From positions 198,400,001 to 198,464,000 of the forward strand of contig OZ024740.1 of the NCBI GenBank assembly GCA_964016885.1: 64,000 nucleotides of DNA, given 5' to 3'. The number at the start of each line of letters is the position of its first letter. The stretch's first letter is position 1. A model generated the notes under the pieces. It made no database searches. It saw only the letters and a program-made list of their open reading frames with translations, and was not told where the DNA came from. The stretch comes from Eledone cirrhosa (taxonomy: Eukaryota). The position numbers and the translations under genes were made by a program. Shown piece after piece: positions 43,362 through 55,164 of this stretch.

Positions 43362-44746
43362 ATAAATATCTTTAAGTCGTTTGGAAGCCTCGACAATGCA
43401 AATGGGTAAATCTCCGGGTAACAAGATCCGGTGGTGGAGAGAGAGATGTAAGTGGGTGTAGGTTGAGATGCGTGGTGTGTAAAGATGTGTAAATGTGTAG
43501 AAGAAAGAAGGGAAGAGTATAAAGGATAAAATAAAAATAACAACACAAGAGAGAGTTACCTTGGGAGAGATTTAATAGTCCCTATATATTTCGGATTCAC
43601 ACCCATCAATTGGGTTTTTTTTCCGGGGTAAAGGTTGTCTGTCGGACAGGTGCGAAACGCGTCCTCCACTGTTTGTTGTTTTGAATATCTGAGGTATTCG
43701 GCAGAGCGCGCGTGCGCGTGAAATGGGGTCGGTCGGGCAGAGGTTAGCGGCCGAATGATGGAGTGGGGTGGCGCTAGCTGTCAGTCCATTCTCTGCCTGT
43801 TTGTTAAATGTTACTGTGTGTGTGTGTGCGTGTGTTGTTGTCTCGCTTGAGTGTGTGTGTGTGTGCGTGTGTAGCTGCCTTGTTCCTCTGTATTGGCAGT
43901 GTAGTATGTTCGTATGGTGGAATGCTACTGTGTGTGTGTGTGTGTAGTTGTCTCGTTTGTGTGTGCGTGTGTTGTGTGTTGCTACATCGTTTGTTAACTT
44001 AAACCAGCCATCTCATTTAGCTTCTCTCTAATCGGTTGTTTATTTGCGGTTGCAGGCGTTTGATAAAAAGTGCTTCCTTGATACGTAACGTGCCGACGTT
44101 TCTTTCAGTCGCACACACAAACGAGACAACTACACACACACACACACAAAGTAGCATTCCACCATACGAACATACTACACTGCCAATACAGAGGAACAAG
44201 GCAACTACACACGCACACACACACACACTCAAGCGAGACAACAACACACGCACACACACACACAGTAACATTTAACAAACAGGCAGAGAATGGACTGACA
44301 GCTAGCGCCACCCCACTCCCACATTCGGCCGCTGACCACTGCCCGACCGACCCCATTTCACGTTCTGCCGAATACCTCAGATATTCAAAACAACAAACAG
44401 CGGAGGACGCGTTTCGCACCTGTCCGACAGACATCCTTTACACCGGAAAAAAAACCCCAGTTGATGGATGTGAATCCGAAATATATAGGGACTATTAAAT
44501 CTCTCCCAAGGTAACTCTCTCTTGTGTTGTTATTTTTATTTTATCCTTTATACTCTTCCCTTCTTTCTTCTACACATTTACACATCTTTACACACCACGC
44601 ATCTCAACGTACACCCACTTACATCTCTCTCCCCACCACCGGATCTTGTTACCCGGAGATTTACCCATTTGCATTGTCGAGGCTTCCAAACGACTTAAAG
44701 ATATTTATTTATTATTCCACAATGCTTCAAGCAAACTTCAATACTC

Positions 44747-44750
<4 letters not shown>
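43362..44750 (-). mobile_element. 5'-truncated Penelope-like element: GIY-YIG C-terminus plus inverted pLTRs (about 600-bp arms)
   Basis: ERNVGTLRIKEALFIKRLQPQINNR at 44017-44105 (-); arms 43362-43965 / 44110-44708. Confidence 0.85.
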
Positions 44751-44794
<44 letters not shown>

Positions 44795-44797
<3 letters not shown>

Positions 44798-45672
44798 TAA
44801 AAAGGAAAAGAAAATGCTGACAAATTTTTCCCACTGAAAAATATTTTAATTAGGAATAAGTATAAATTAGTAATAACTATTAGTTAGTATTCAGTTTTAG
44901 TTTCAAGTTTTTACCGGTTGCGCATTTCTTATGCTTTTCAAAAATAATTTTGAGATAGAGTGCCCGTGATTTTTGCTCTAATCTGATCAGTTTTTGGAAA
45001 TTCTTCCTGTTTTATATGAAAATAGTGGCTTGGGATGTATTAAGATTTTGTTGGTTGTTGAATGTCACGTGAGTAAGCACTATAAATTTCGCGCCGATTC
45101 GTGTTGCAAACATTGTTGTAGTCGAAACAATTTTGATTGGTCGGTAGAAGTGACATGAATGTTTAAATTGATTTTAGCGCGAACTGGTTTCGCGCCATAT
45201 GTATGTTTGTCGAAGAGTGTCCTATTCCGCTTCCTTGAGTTGCAGTCATGTTGAGAGGTCAACAGTTCAGGTGTCTATTAAGACAAACATGTGCGTGTGT
45301 GAGAATGTGTATGTCTGTGTAGCAAAATGGTTCATTGTTGTGATAATGGAAATGTATCGGTCAGTAGAAATCTGTGTGTACGTGTGTGTGTGTGTGGGGG
45401 GGGGGCAGGTATTTTAACATGTTGAGACATATTTTTCAGCTCTTGTCTCATACGGAGAAGTGTGTGTGTGTGAGTGTGTGTGTGTGTGTGTGAATGTGTG
45501 TGTGTGTGTGTTTGTCTGTATGTTAGTGTTCGCGTACACGCACACACGCACACACACACACACAGACACACACACGCGCGAGAACACTAACATTAAACTA
45601 TTTTTTCACTGGGAAAAATTTGAAAGCATTTTCTTTTCCCTTTTAGAAATATATCACAACTCGTGTGTCACA
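44795..45672. mobile_element. Non-autonomous TIR element (MITE-like) in (TA)n
   Basis: Terminal inverted repeats aaaggaaaagaaaatgctgacaaatttttcccactgaaaaata / tattttcactgggaaaaatttgaaagcattttcttttccc. Confidence 0.65.
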
Positions 45673-45719
45673 CGTCCAATATTTTTAAATATATATATAT
45701 ATATATATATAAATTATAT

Positions 45720-45785
<66 letters not shown>

Positions 45786-46104
45786 GGGATAACAAATTAT
45801 TGTTATAGGTAGTCCACTTAGATGTAGTCCAGTTACGGTACTCCGAGTAGTGGATACTATTAACGCTTGGCTAAGTTTGACTCAACAAGGCGTTTCCATA
45901 GTGATGCTGCTTCCTCACTCTTAATTCTCAACAGTTGAACTTAATTCCAAGTACATTATTTGACTACTACCACAGTCCTTGCCATATCACCTTCCTCCTG
46001 TTGTTATAATGACCACCCCAATGTATCCGTAATTGTAGTCATTATGTTCTCTCTATATATACCTTGCTTCTTAACCTCTGTATTAACTTACTTATTATAT
46101 TGCT

Positions 46105-46290
46105 GTTTGGCAGTATCGGTAGAGGGTCGGACACCATGCTTTGACGCATAGATTTACGCCCCTTGCCATTCTGAGTTCAAATCCCGCCGAGGTTAACTTT
46201 GCCTTTAATCCTTACGGGGTCGATAAAATAAAGTACCAGTAATGCACTGGTAAATTGCTGGCCTTGTGCCAAAAGTAGAAACAATTATTT
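46105..46290 (+). mobile_element. tRNA-derived SINE
   Basis: Same family as 4621-4817. Confidence 0.9.
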
Positions 46291-46806
46291 TTATTATTGT
46301 TGTCTTATCCATGCATGATGTGTTATTGATGCTGTGAAAGCTAAACAACCCCATGATTCGAACTAACAATCCTTTCATCTAATATAGACCACTTAAATAA
46401 TTGTTTCTACTTTTGGCACAAGGCCACTTAAATAATGAATCCGCTTTACACCACATCAAAATTGCCATTCTCACTACAATGACAATATTTTATCTGTAAA
46501 ATAATAAATATTTCTCACGGTCAGCAAACCTACAGTAAAGTAAATGGTCCATAGTTTCAAGCCCCAGGTTATCTCTACACTATATATAATACACCCCATG
46601 ACAGCTTTTCCATGTCAAGTATCAACTCGTTTTATATGCTAAAGTCATCAGTACACTCTATGTCTTACTTAGATTGATGTTGTGATTATTTTAAATATTT
46701 ACGGTCTTGCCAATTTATTGTAGTATTGCTAGCATTGTTATTATTGTTCTGATTTAATGCCACTACTATATATAGAAGCCAGGCCTGTGTATTTCCTTCA
46801 TTCCCG

Positions 46807-46921
46807 CACGCTCTGATGAACTGACTGGTTACAACAAAGTATCGGTGATCGATTGACGCAAAAACAGGTGGGTAACGATCTCTAGACCTACCAGTTCAGC
46901 GAAACAATTGTCGGCAATGTG
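46807..46921 (+). ncRNA. Type I hammerhead with about 80-nt stem II region
   Basis: CAC-GCU-CUGAUGA-A-CUGACUGGU...ACCAGUUCAG-C-GAAA-CAAUUG-UC-GGC-AAU-GUG, then AAUAAA and (TA)n. Confidence 0.75.
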
Positions 46922-46970
46922 AATAAAGCCCTTATTGTTTAGCAAACCATGTTACTCTTCTTTCTTGATT

Positions 46971-47048
<78 letters not shown>

Positions 47049-47067
47049 ATATATATACATATATATA

Positions 47068-47383
<316 letters not shown>

Positions 47384-47389
47384 ATAGTA

Positions 47390-48812
47390 ATAATAAATTT
47401 GAAGACTAAAATCCAAAGAGGGCTCGATAAGGATAAATATAAATAAAATATATAAGAACCGTACCGTAGAGCAAATAGTTATTACAGATTAAAGTTTCCG
47501 CAAAAAAACCGCTACTTTCACTCTTAACGGGATCTTCTGGAACTTAAAAAATAAATCTGTGAACGCAGAAGTAAATATTTCGAAAAACGTTGCAACCGAA
47601 AGAAGACAGGAAGACGATCCTTTCGTTCGTGGAAACGTTCCCTGACAAAGAACGTAAAAAAACGAAGATAATACGTCATTATTTGGAGCGGAGAAAACAA
47701 TTAGACGCAAAGACAAAGCCACGTTTATGGTATAAATGAAGTCGTAGACTAAAATTGAATTTAGGAAACCGAATGATTTTCCGCTTCAGAGTTAAGAATA
47801 CTGTAAATAAATTACAGAGGTAATTGAAATCAACAAAAATTAAATATATACATGCACGCATCCATATACACATGAATACGCGAAAACACCCGTCATGGGT
47901 ATGCAAATACAAGCACGTACACAAAAACCCTGCACGCACATACAGAACCCACGCAACCCCTGTACCCGCACACATACGAACGTATACACCAAATACACAT
48001 AAAAGTATATATAAAAATATATATATATGTGTGTGTGTGCGTGTATACATATAATTATATTAACGTATATAAATATACACACATTAATACGTATATAACG
48101 CAGCACACACATACCTACATGTATATACACATATGTACGCTAAACGTACGTCAATCAAAACACAAAGTACACATATACACGCACCCTACATACGTACGAA
48201 CCCGCATACTCACACAGACGCAAAGCTCACGTATACGCATAACCATATGCACATGTACCAGTATATATAATATGATTTATACGCCTATAACATATACAAG
48301 CAAATATACGTACGAGAAAGTATACGTACCTTCACAAAACATACAGGTAATATATACTTACCTATACAAATAAGTAATGGTATAAACATAACATATACTT
48401 AGCAACCACATCAAGACGTAAAATATCCGCGTACTATCCGTTAGGGTATAATGTGGTTCTGCAATACAGGAAAGTTTTGTGCAATTTATGTTTACAAGCC
48501 AATATTGACTCAGGTTTTTTGTTTAAAATGTGGTCTTTGGCGTACAGTATTTCCAGGGCTTCAGCGGCGCAGAGGTCACATGGTCTTATATTTCTGTTAT
48601 ACGATCTAGCCCTAACTAGGATCTCCCACGTTCCTTGCCAGGGAACGTTTCCACAAACCAAAGTATCGTCTTCCTTCGGTTGCAACGTTTTTCGAAATAT
48701 TTACTTCTGCGTTTACAGATTGATTTTTTTAGTTTCAGAAGATCCCGTTAAGGGTGAAAGCAGCGATTCTTTGCTTAATTGCTTAAACTTTAATCTGTTA
48801 TTTTAATAAATA
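47390..48812 (-). mobile_element. 5'-truncated Penelope-like element: GIY-YIG C-terminus, 3' UTR, pLTR and inverted partial pLTR
   Basis: WEILVRARSYN...CDLCAAEALEIL...LNKKPE...CKH at 48434-48630 (-); arms about 47480-47655 / 48627-48812. Confidence 0.85.
48731..48789 (+). ncRNA. Hammerhead-like motif with CAGAAGA core variant
   Basis: AGUUU-CAGAAGA-UCCCGUUAAGGGU-GAAA-GCA-GCGAUUCUU-UGC-UU-(8-nt duplication)-AAACU; mirror copy at 47493-47544. Confidence 0.6.
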
Positions 48813-48817
48813 TAATT

Positions 48818-48881
<64 letters not shown>

Positions 48882-49000
48882 AATTATACATATATAAATG
48901 ACATATATATATATATATATATATAAAAATGATATATATATAAATGATATATATATATATATATATATAAATTATATATATATATATAAATTATATATAT

Positions 49001-49073
<73 letters not shown>

Positions 49074-49134
49074 TATATATATATATATAAATATAAATTA
49101 TATATATATATATAAAAATTATATATATATAAAT

Positions 49135-49206
<72 letters not shown>

Positions 49207-49399
49207 TTATACTTCTGTTCTCAACGCCTCATTTGCCGTCTACCTTCTCAACATTTGTCCTGCCTCCTGTCATTTCAACGTTTGGTTGATTTGCCGCCTG
49301 TTTCTCCACATTTCATTTGCGACATGTTCTAAGATAATCAGATGTGTTACGGTTTTCTTCTACATTTCACCGTTCTATTGTCAGTGAACAGCGCTTTGT

Positions 49400-50950
49400 A
49401 GGTTGTAAACCATGTTGGTTGACACTCTAACCTGAGTTTACCTTATCATTTCATTTAGTTTGTGGTATTCTGGCCATTTATATTACAGCTTAATGACTGT
49501 TTCAACTCCAATATCTAATAAGGACGCTAACTCGGTTGACTGTTCGGGATATTATAAAGAGTACACATTGGATGCTGCGGTAAACCGCTAGTTAAAAGCA
49601 CTCCTCGGGGTATAAATCGACTCTCGACCGTAGATATATTCTACTGCATAAAAGTCGATACATAATCAGAAATAGAAGTTGTAATTAACTTCTACGCCAG
49701 CAGAAAACGGTTGGGCCTGAATTGTTCGCCATACATTATGTATTGTAAGCTGCCCGATATGTTCCATAATATCTAGCGTAACAGGCAGCGGGAAGTAGAT
49801 TCCTAACTATGTGATCTGTGTAGGGGTGTTGACGTTGCTGTTGACATTGCTGTAAATAATAGTTAACTTTAGGCCAGTAATTCTACTGGACACAGTTAAA
49901 TGCGTTGATATATGGCTTCGGTGAGATGATGGGTGCAGTCATTTGTATTGTTATGGATGGTTGACAGTTTCATCCGGACGTGATACATTGGTGGTTTCGG
50001 GGCATCGTTAGAAGTAAGGGCGGTTCCTTTGAAAAAGTAGATATTTATGTCTCGAATAACTCATCTTATAAGGTTTCTGAAAAAACCCTTAGGAAAAGCC
50101 CCTCGTCAGTGCAAGTGGACCTCTGTAAGAATATCGAGATTATGTATAATAAATAAGTTTGAGACGGGGTTGTAACACAGCGAAATCTTTTTCGGAAGTT
50201 CTAGCAATAAATAAAAGACATAATTTACCTCATTTGTCAAAATGGATTTCAACAAACCACACAGGTTCCTAGATGTGTTTATGAGGAGCAGATTAGAGGA
50301 AGAATGATAATATATGATGTGCACAATTTCGACTGGTCGGCTACAGAGACCACAAGGTTATTCTTCTACCAGATGAGGCTTATGGAAAACATTCCAGATA
50401 GAGAGATATGCTAGCGATGACAATTGCGCTTGAACAAATATAAAACACGTTCAGTTGAAGGAGCTTTTGAAGTAACGATCAATAAAACTAACCGTAAGTC
50501 TTCTCTTCCCACCTGATAAATGTGTATGTACATCACTGAAGAAGTAGAAATGGTGCTGCAGGTATAGTAAAAATATGTAAAACAGTTTAAATTATCAAAA
50601 GTAACGTACAGCCTAGAAAAAAAGGGAACAACATCGTGTTTAGTGTTTACAGCAGGGGTACAATGTAGCAACGAATCTACAGCATGCTGTAAGTATTTTA
50701 ACTAACAATTGATACTGTATCGACTGATTCAAATAATACATTTACTAATGTCTCAAGTTTGTAAAGTCTCAAACAGCCTATGATGAACAAGTGCAAAGCC
50801 TGAAAATCTCATTAAATCGGAACTGGGTTGTGTAATTACATAACTGGCAAAGACAGGATGATCGTGCCGCAACACCAACGCATTAAGTTAGTTTAGGAAG
50901 TTTAAGTGAAGAAAAGCCCTGATAAATAATTCCCTGATTTATGACTCTCA
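49400..50950 (-). pseudogene. Possible highly decayed PLE ORF (RT thumb to GIY-YIG)
   Basis: Scattered weak motifs only (IYYHSSSN, QSTELAS); no continuous frame. Confidence 0.3.
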
Positions 50951-51589
50951 ATTCAAGGCAAAGTATTCAGAAGGAAACTGAGGAGCGATCTGGTGATATT
51001 AAATACTTTCTCTCCGGTAACTCCTATACCTACTATAGCGCCAAGAAGCAGTGACATTTGCATTTCACTTTAACTACATCGTTGGTGCAGAGAGAGATGA
51101 ATTGTTCCATCAATAGTCGAGGCATTCAATGAAAAAATTAGCTCAGGATCGCGCACTAGATCTTTTAGTGCACGATCGCCACTGTCGCAGCGGAACGTCA
51201 CGAAAAGCAACATTTTACTAGTTATAATCCTTCACCCGATTGGTGCAGCGCAAGACACCAGAAGCTGCATTTCATGGGCAGGGAGGCAACCACATCTCGG
51301 TGGCAATCGCTACCACCCAATTGAAATTGCCCAGAGAAAAGGCTGTTGCCATAGCCACATGAGTGATTATCTTGTACGGTTCTATATTCCCGAAAAACGC
51401 TCCTTTACTGACACTGTTTGAAGCCACGAAGAGCTGCACCATGAAGTACTACGAATAATTTGTAAACTTTATTAGTGTACTTCACTATGAATACATTAAT
51501 AACAAGTGAAACCAGGAGAAATTTATGATGAAGATGTAAAAGAGAGATTAGAGTAATCCCGAGAGGTTTTGGCAAATGTGCAGCGTTAG

Positions 51590-52150
51590 AGAAAAATAAA
51601 AAAAGGAGGGGAAGCTATGTTAGATGAGGCTATTTGTAATGGCGTTGCAACTGACGTGCTAGCGACGAGAATGGCATTAGAACATTTCTTCAATGCAAAA
51701 CACGAAGGTTGCATTGTCAGACCTAAGATGTGTGCTCTAAGAAACGCGGAAACCAATGCTGTTCGATGGGTTCGCGTGGCAGATGCGCAGCATGGTAAGA
51801 AAACCACAATTCAGCCTTTACGGAGCGACACAAAAGCAAGCTAAATGATTCCAGGCAGATGTGTGAGGTCTGTTGCCAGCAATTTACTCGGCTGTTCGGG
51901 GGAGCAAGGGTTCGGAGATGGTACATCGGGTGGTTCAGGATTGGTGAGGTAGCTGAGTCGGCCCTGGGTGGTTAGCCCCTATTGGGGAATTTTCATTGTT
52001 GTATTATTTTGTTTATTGTTATAGTTTTTACATATTTAACTCAATATTTTGTGTAAATGCCCCTCTGTCGCCGTCTATTGCATTGTCCCCATATATGTCG
52101 GCATTTGTGGCCAATAAATGAAACAATTATTATTATTATTATTATTATGA
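51590..52150 (+). mobile_element. Internally deleted Tx1 fragment with (TTA)n tail
   Basis: LDEAI..G.ATDVLA...FFNAK.EGC.VR matches 61.2-61.3 kb; ccctattggggaattt 3' UTR motif. Confidence 0.8.
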
Positions 52151-52164
52151 GACCGGAGATTGCG

Positions 52165-52375
52165 TCGAATTATCGGTTTAAGTCGAAATCATGATTTTCA
52201 GCATGGAGTTTCGGCCCATTACGATCTGAGTGCAAATCCCGCCGAGGCTAGCTTTGCCTTTCATTCTTACAGGTCGATAAATAGAGCACCAGCAATACAC
52301 TGGTGTCGATTTAATCGACTTTACCCTCCGCTTCAAATTGCTGGCCTTGTGCCTAAAGTAAAAACAATTATTATT
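52165..52375 (+). mobile_element. tRNA-derived SINE (older subfamily)
   Basis: ctgagtgcaaatcccgccgagg...ctttgcctttcat...attgctggccttgtgcc. Confidence 0.85.
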
Positions 52376-52797
52376 AATTTTTGTTTTTATTAATGTATTA
52401 TCCTTTCGATGCCTATGAAATAAACTACCAGTCAAGTATTTGCATCGATATTTACGGATATAAATATCTTAGTGATTTTAGATACGATACCTCCGTAGAA
52501 AAACAATATTTTGTGGGGATATAATACATTGAAATAATTCTATTATATGTCACAACTACAAATAACTGAAACACATGCACATGCACATAGACATATACAG
52601 AGATATAATCTCAAAAGCAGACATCGACTTCTACGTCGAAAACATATATGCAATTCTATATATTATTAAGTGCTCAATTAAACCATTGACAATGGACATG
52701 AGAACCACAATGTGTAGGCGCAACGTACATAGCTACAAAACAATATATATATATAATATTTGTCTTCTAGCAGCGCGAGCTTACTCAGACACACACT

Positions 52798-52866
<69 letters not shown>

Positions 52867-52924
52867 CAAAGGAATTGTGGTAAGGAACCAGATGGACCAT
52901 AATGCACCAGAGTACTCCAGAGTA

Positions 52925-54230
52925 TTCCAGTGTTGTTGATGCTGGACTTCACACAGTCTTTGGACCTCCCTCTGCCGTGAGGTCCCAGCACACCTCTCCA
53001 GTTGCTGCTGTTAGACCCGACTAGGATGAGTTTTTCGCTTGGGGGGACGCCCTTTACGAGTGCGTTGAGTTCCCCGTAGAAAGCGTCGTTTACTTCATCG
53101 CGGCTGTGACTGTGTCATGCTGAGATAGGCCGAGGGGGAAGCGGAGCTTCATCAGCCGCTCAATCACAGGTGTTGGGAGGTCTGGTAGCTGCTTGCAAAA
53201 CGAAGTCTTGATGGGCAGGCCTACCCTGTGGATTCTGTCCTCGTCCTTTGCATTGCCCTTCTAGAACAAGGTGTAGCCTTCTTTCAGTTCTGCTACTGAG
53301 TCTTCTTCGGCGAATCTGATCTCGCTGAGGGCTGCTATGTCGAACCGGGAGCGAGTTAATTCCCTCGCTATGAGGGCAGTTCTTCTCTCTGGCCTCAGGG
53401 TGCGCACATTCCATGCGCCAAGAAAAAGTTCTTCTTACTATTATGTTGGTTTCGACCGCTTGGAAGGGTAAACCGCCAGCCGCGGTAGACTGGCTGGCTT
53501 TGTGTGGGATGAGCATTTGGTTAGGGCTATTTTATCGCCCCTCCTCTCGTGCGAGGGTGAGCAGTGCTCCCCTAAAAAGGGCTGCACAGTCGCCCGGTGG
53601 AACGCTTGATCTCCTCTGTTATGCCAGGGTCAGGAGGAGAAGACTTGCGCATCCAAGCCGTCCACGTGCGGGTTTGAGACGGACAACTCCCAGAGGTTAA
53701 CTCCACCTGTTACCTCCGCGTCCCGCCCATCGCCGCAGGGCTTTGGGAGTGCAAGAAAGCTGTGCGGGAAAGGTTTATAGTGGAAGGGCCAGGGTGCAGT
53801 GACGATCCCACTCACTCGGCCGCACAAGCCAGAATTCGGTGGTACGGAGGACCGTCACGACCAGGGACTTCCTTGGCTGAAGTGGATGGCCACGATGCTG
53901 TAGTGCCTTGCCGTGCCCTAGCGCTCCACACCGCTTGCTATCGCCGCCTTCGTGAACATTGGGTCGATGATGTCCTCCTCCACTCACTCCGCCGGGTCCA
54001 GTCTTCGCGTGCAGGGGTAGGCATCCCTTATCTAACTCACCGGAGGTTTTCAGACCCACCCGGCTAGCCTCAACCTGCCAAGGCAGTTTACCGGGGTGTG
54101 CCCGCTGTCACATGCTACAGCTTCTTGGAGCCACAGGTGAGAGCTGTGTGTCAGGTGGGACACAAAGCAGGACGAGCTGTCCTGAGAAGGGCATGGCTAT
54201 CTCCCCCTACAGAGGTACATGCGCCAGGCA
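52925..54230 (-). mobile_element. BovB-like RTE LINE 5' end (leader plus start of endonuclease), decayed
   Basis: GAWNVRTL, RPERRTALIARELTRSRFDIAALSEIRFAEE; leader cacagctctcacctgtggctccaag...cacaccccggtaaac. Confidence 0.75.
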
Positions 54231-54291
54231 TATACTCACGCATATATATATAGACATACATACGTACATGAGTATATACATATTTACGTAT

Positions 54292-54432
54292 TTTTGGATG
54301 GCCGTTGACTCTTATGAGTTCTTCCGCCCTTTGTCAGGTTTTGTTTTTTGTCCTACAGGTTGTACAAAATCACCCTCCCCACCAAGTAAACTTGGTGGGG
54401 TCGCCAGTTTAGTCGCCGAGGAGCCGACCAAC
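54292..54432 (-). mobile_element. 5' segment of the bipartite RTE derivative
   Basis: Reverse complement homologous to 28135-28266. Confidence 0.8.
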
Positions 54433-54438
54433 ACATAG

Positions 54439-54480
<42 letters not shown>

Positions 54481-54504
54481 GCACACACGCACACACATAC
54501 ACAC

Positions 54505-54572
<68 letters not shown>

Positions 54573-54575
<3 letters not shown>

Positions 54576-55157
54576 CAATTAAGTTAAAGTGTACATCTAC
54601 ATATGTATACGGAAGTATTAGTATGCATATAAATACACATATGTATACATATGTACATGTACCGAGCTTTTCACTAGACACTTTGCAGTGAGTGTCCAGC
54701 TAGTCTGTATGTAAACACACCGACGAACCGGGTTTTAAAGTCATACGGGTTTTCAAGGAAACACACTTCCTCCATTCTACGGGGAGCCAGACAGGAATAT
54801 TGGACTAGTTTCGATGTTATTACATCTCATCAGCAATATATACCTATCTTCTGGCTTCTCCGGAGAATTGTAAAAGCACATATCGTTATATGCCTTTTCT
54901 ATGAAAATCAGTAGTGGGCAGACTAATTTGCATAGAACGTGAGTCATTGTACGCGCCGGTTCAGCGGAAACGATAAAAACAAATAACGAAACGAAATTAA
55001 ATTTCGTTTCGCTTCTAACTCACTTTTGTATGACTGACGCTTAAACAATTAAGTTAAAGTGTACATCTACATATGTATACGGAAGTATTAGTATGCATAT
55101 AAATACACATATGTATACATATGTACATGTACCGAGCTTTTCACTAGACACTTTGCA
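54573..55157 (-). mobile_element. 470-bp retrozyme/pLTR, about 1.24 tandem copies
   Basis: aagttaaagtgtacatctac at 54581 and 55051 (period 470). Confidence 0.9.
54797..54839 (-). ncRNA. Minimal type I hammerhead ribozyme
   Basis: Identical to the 33716-33758 motif. Confidence 0.92.
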
Positions 55158-55164
55158 TGTACAT

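Noticed and set aside
45850-45930. Minus-strand GUGAGGA...GAAA-CGC..GCG-UU hammerhead-like text
   Set aside because: Core lacks C3 and stems I and II do not pair
54050-54150. Twister- or HDV-like ribozyme in the BovB-like RTE leader
   Set aside because: Long-range pairing CUCACCUG/CGGGUGGG is visible but the conserved catalytic residues could not be placed
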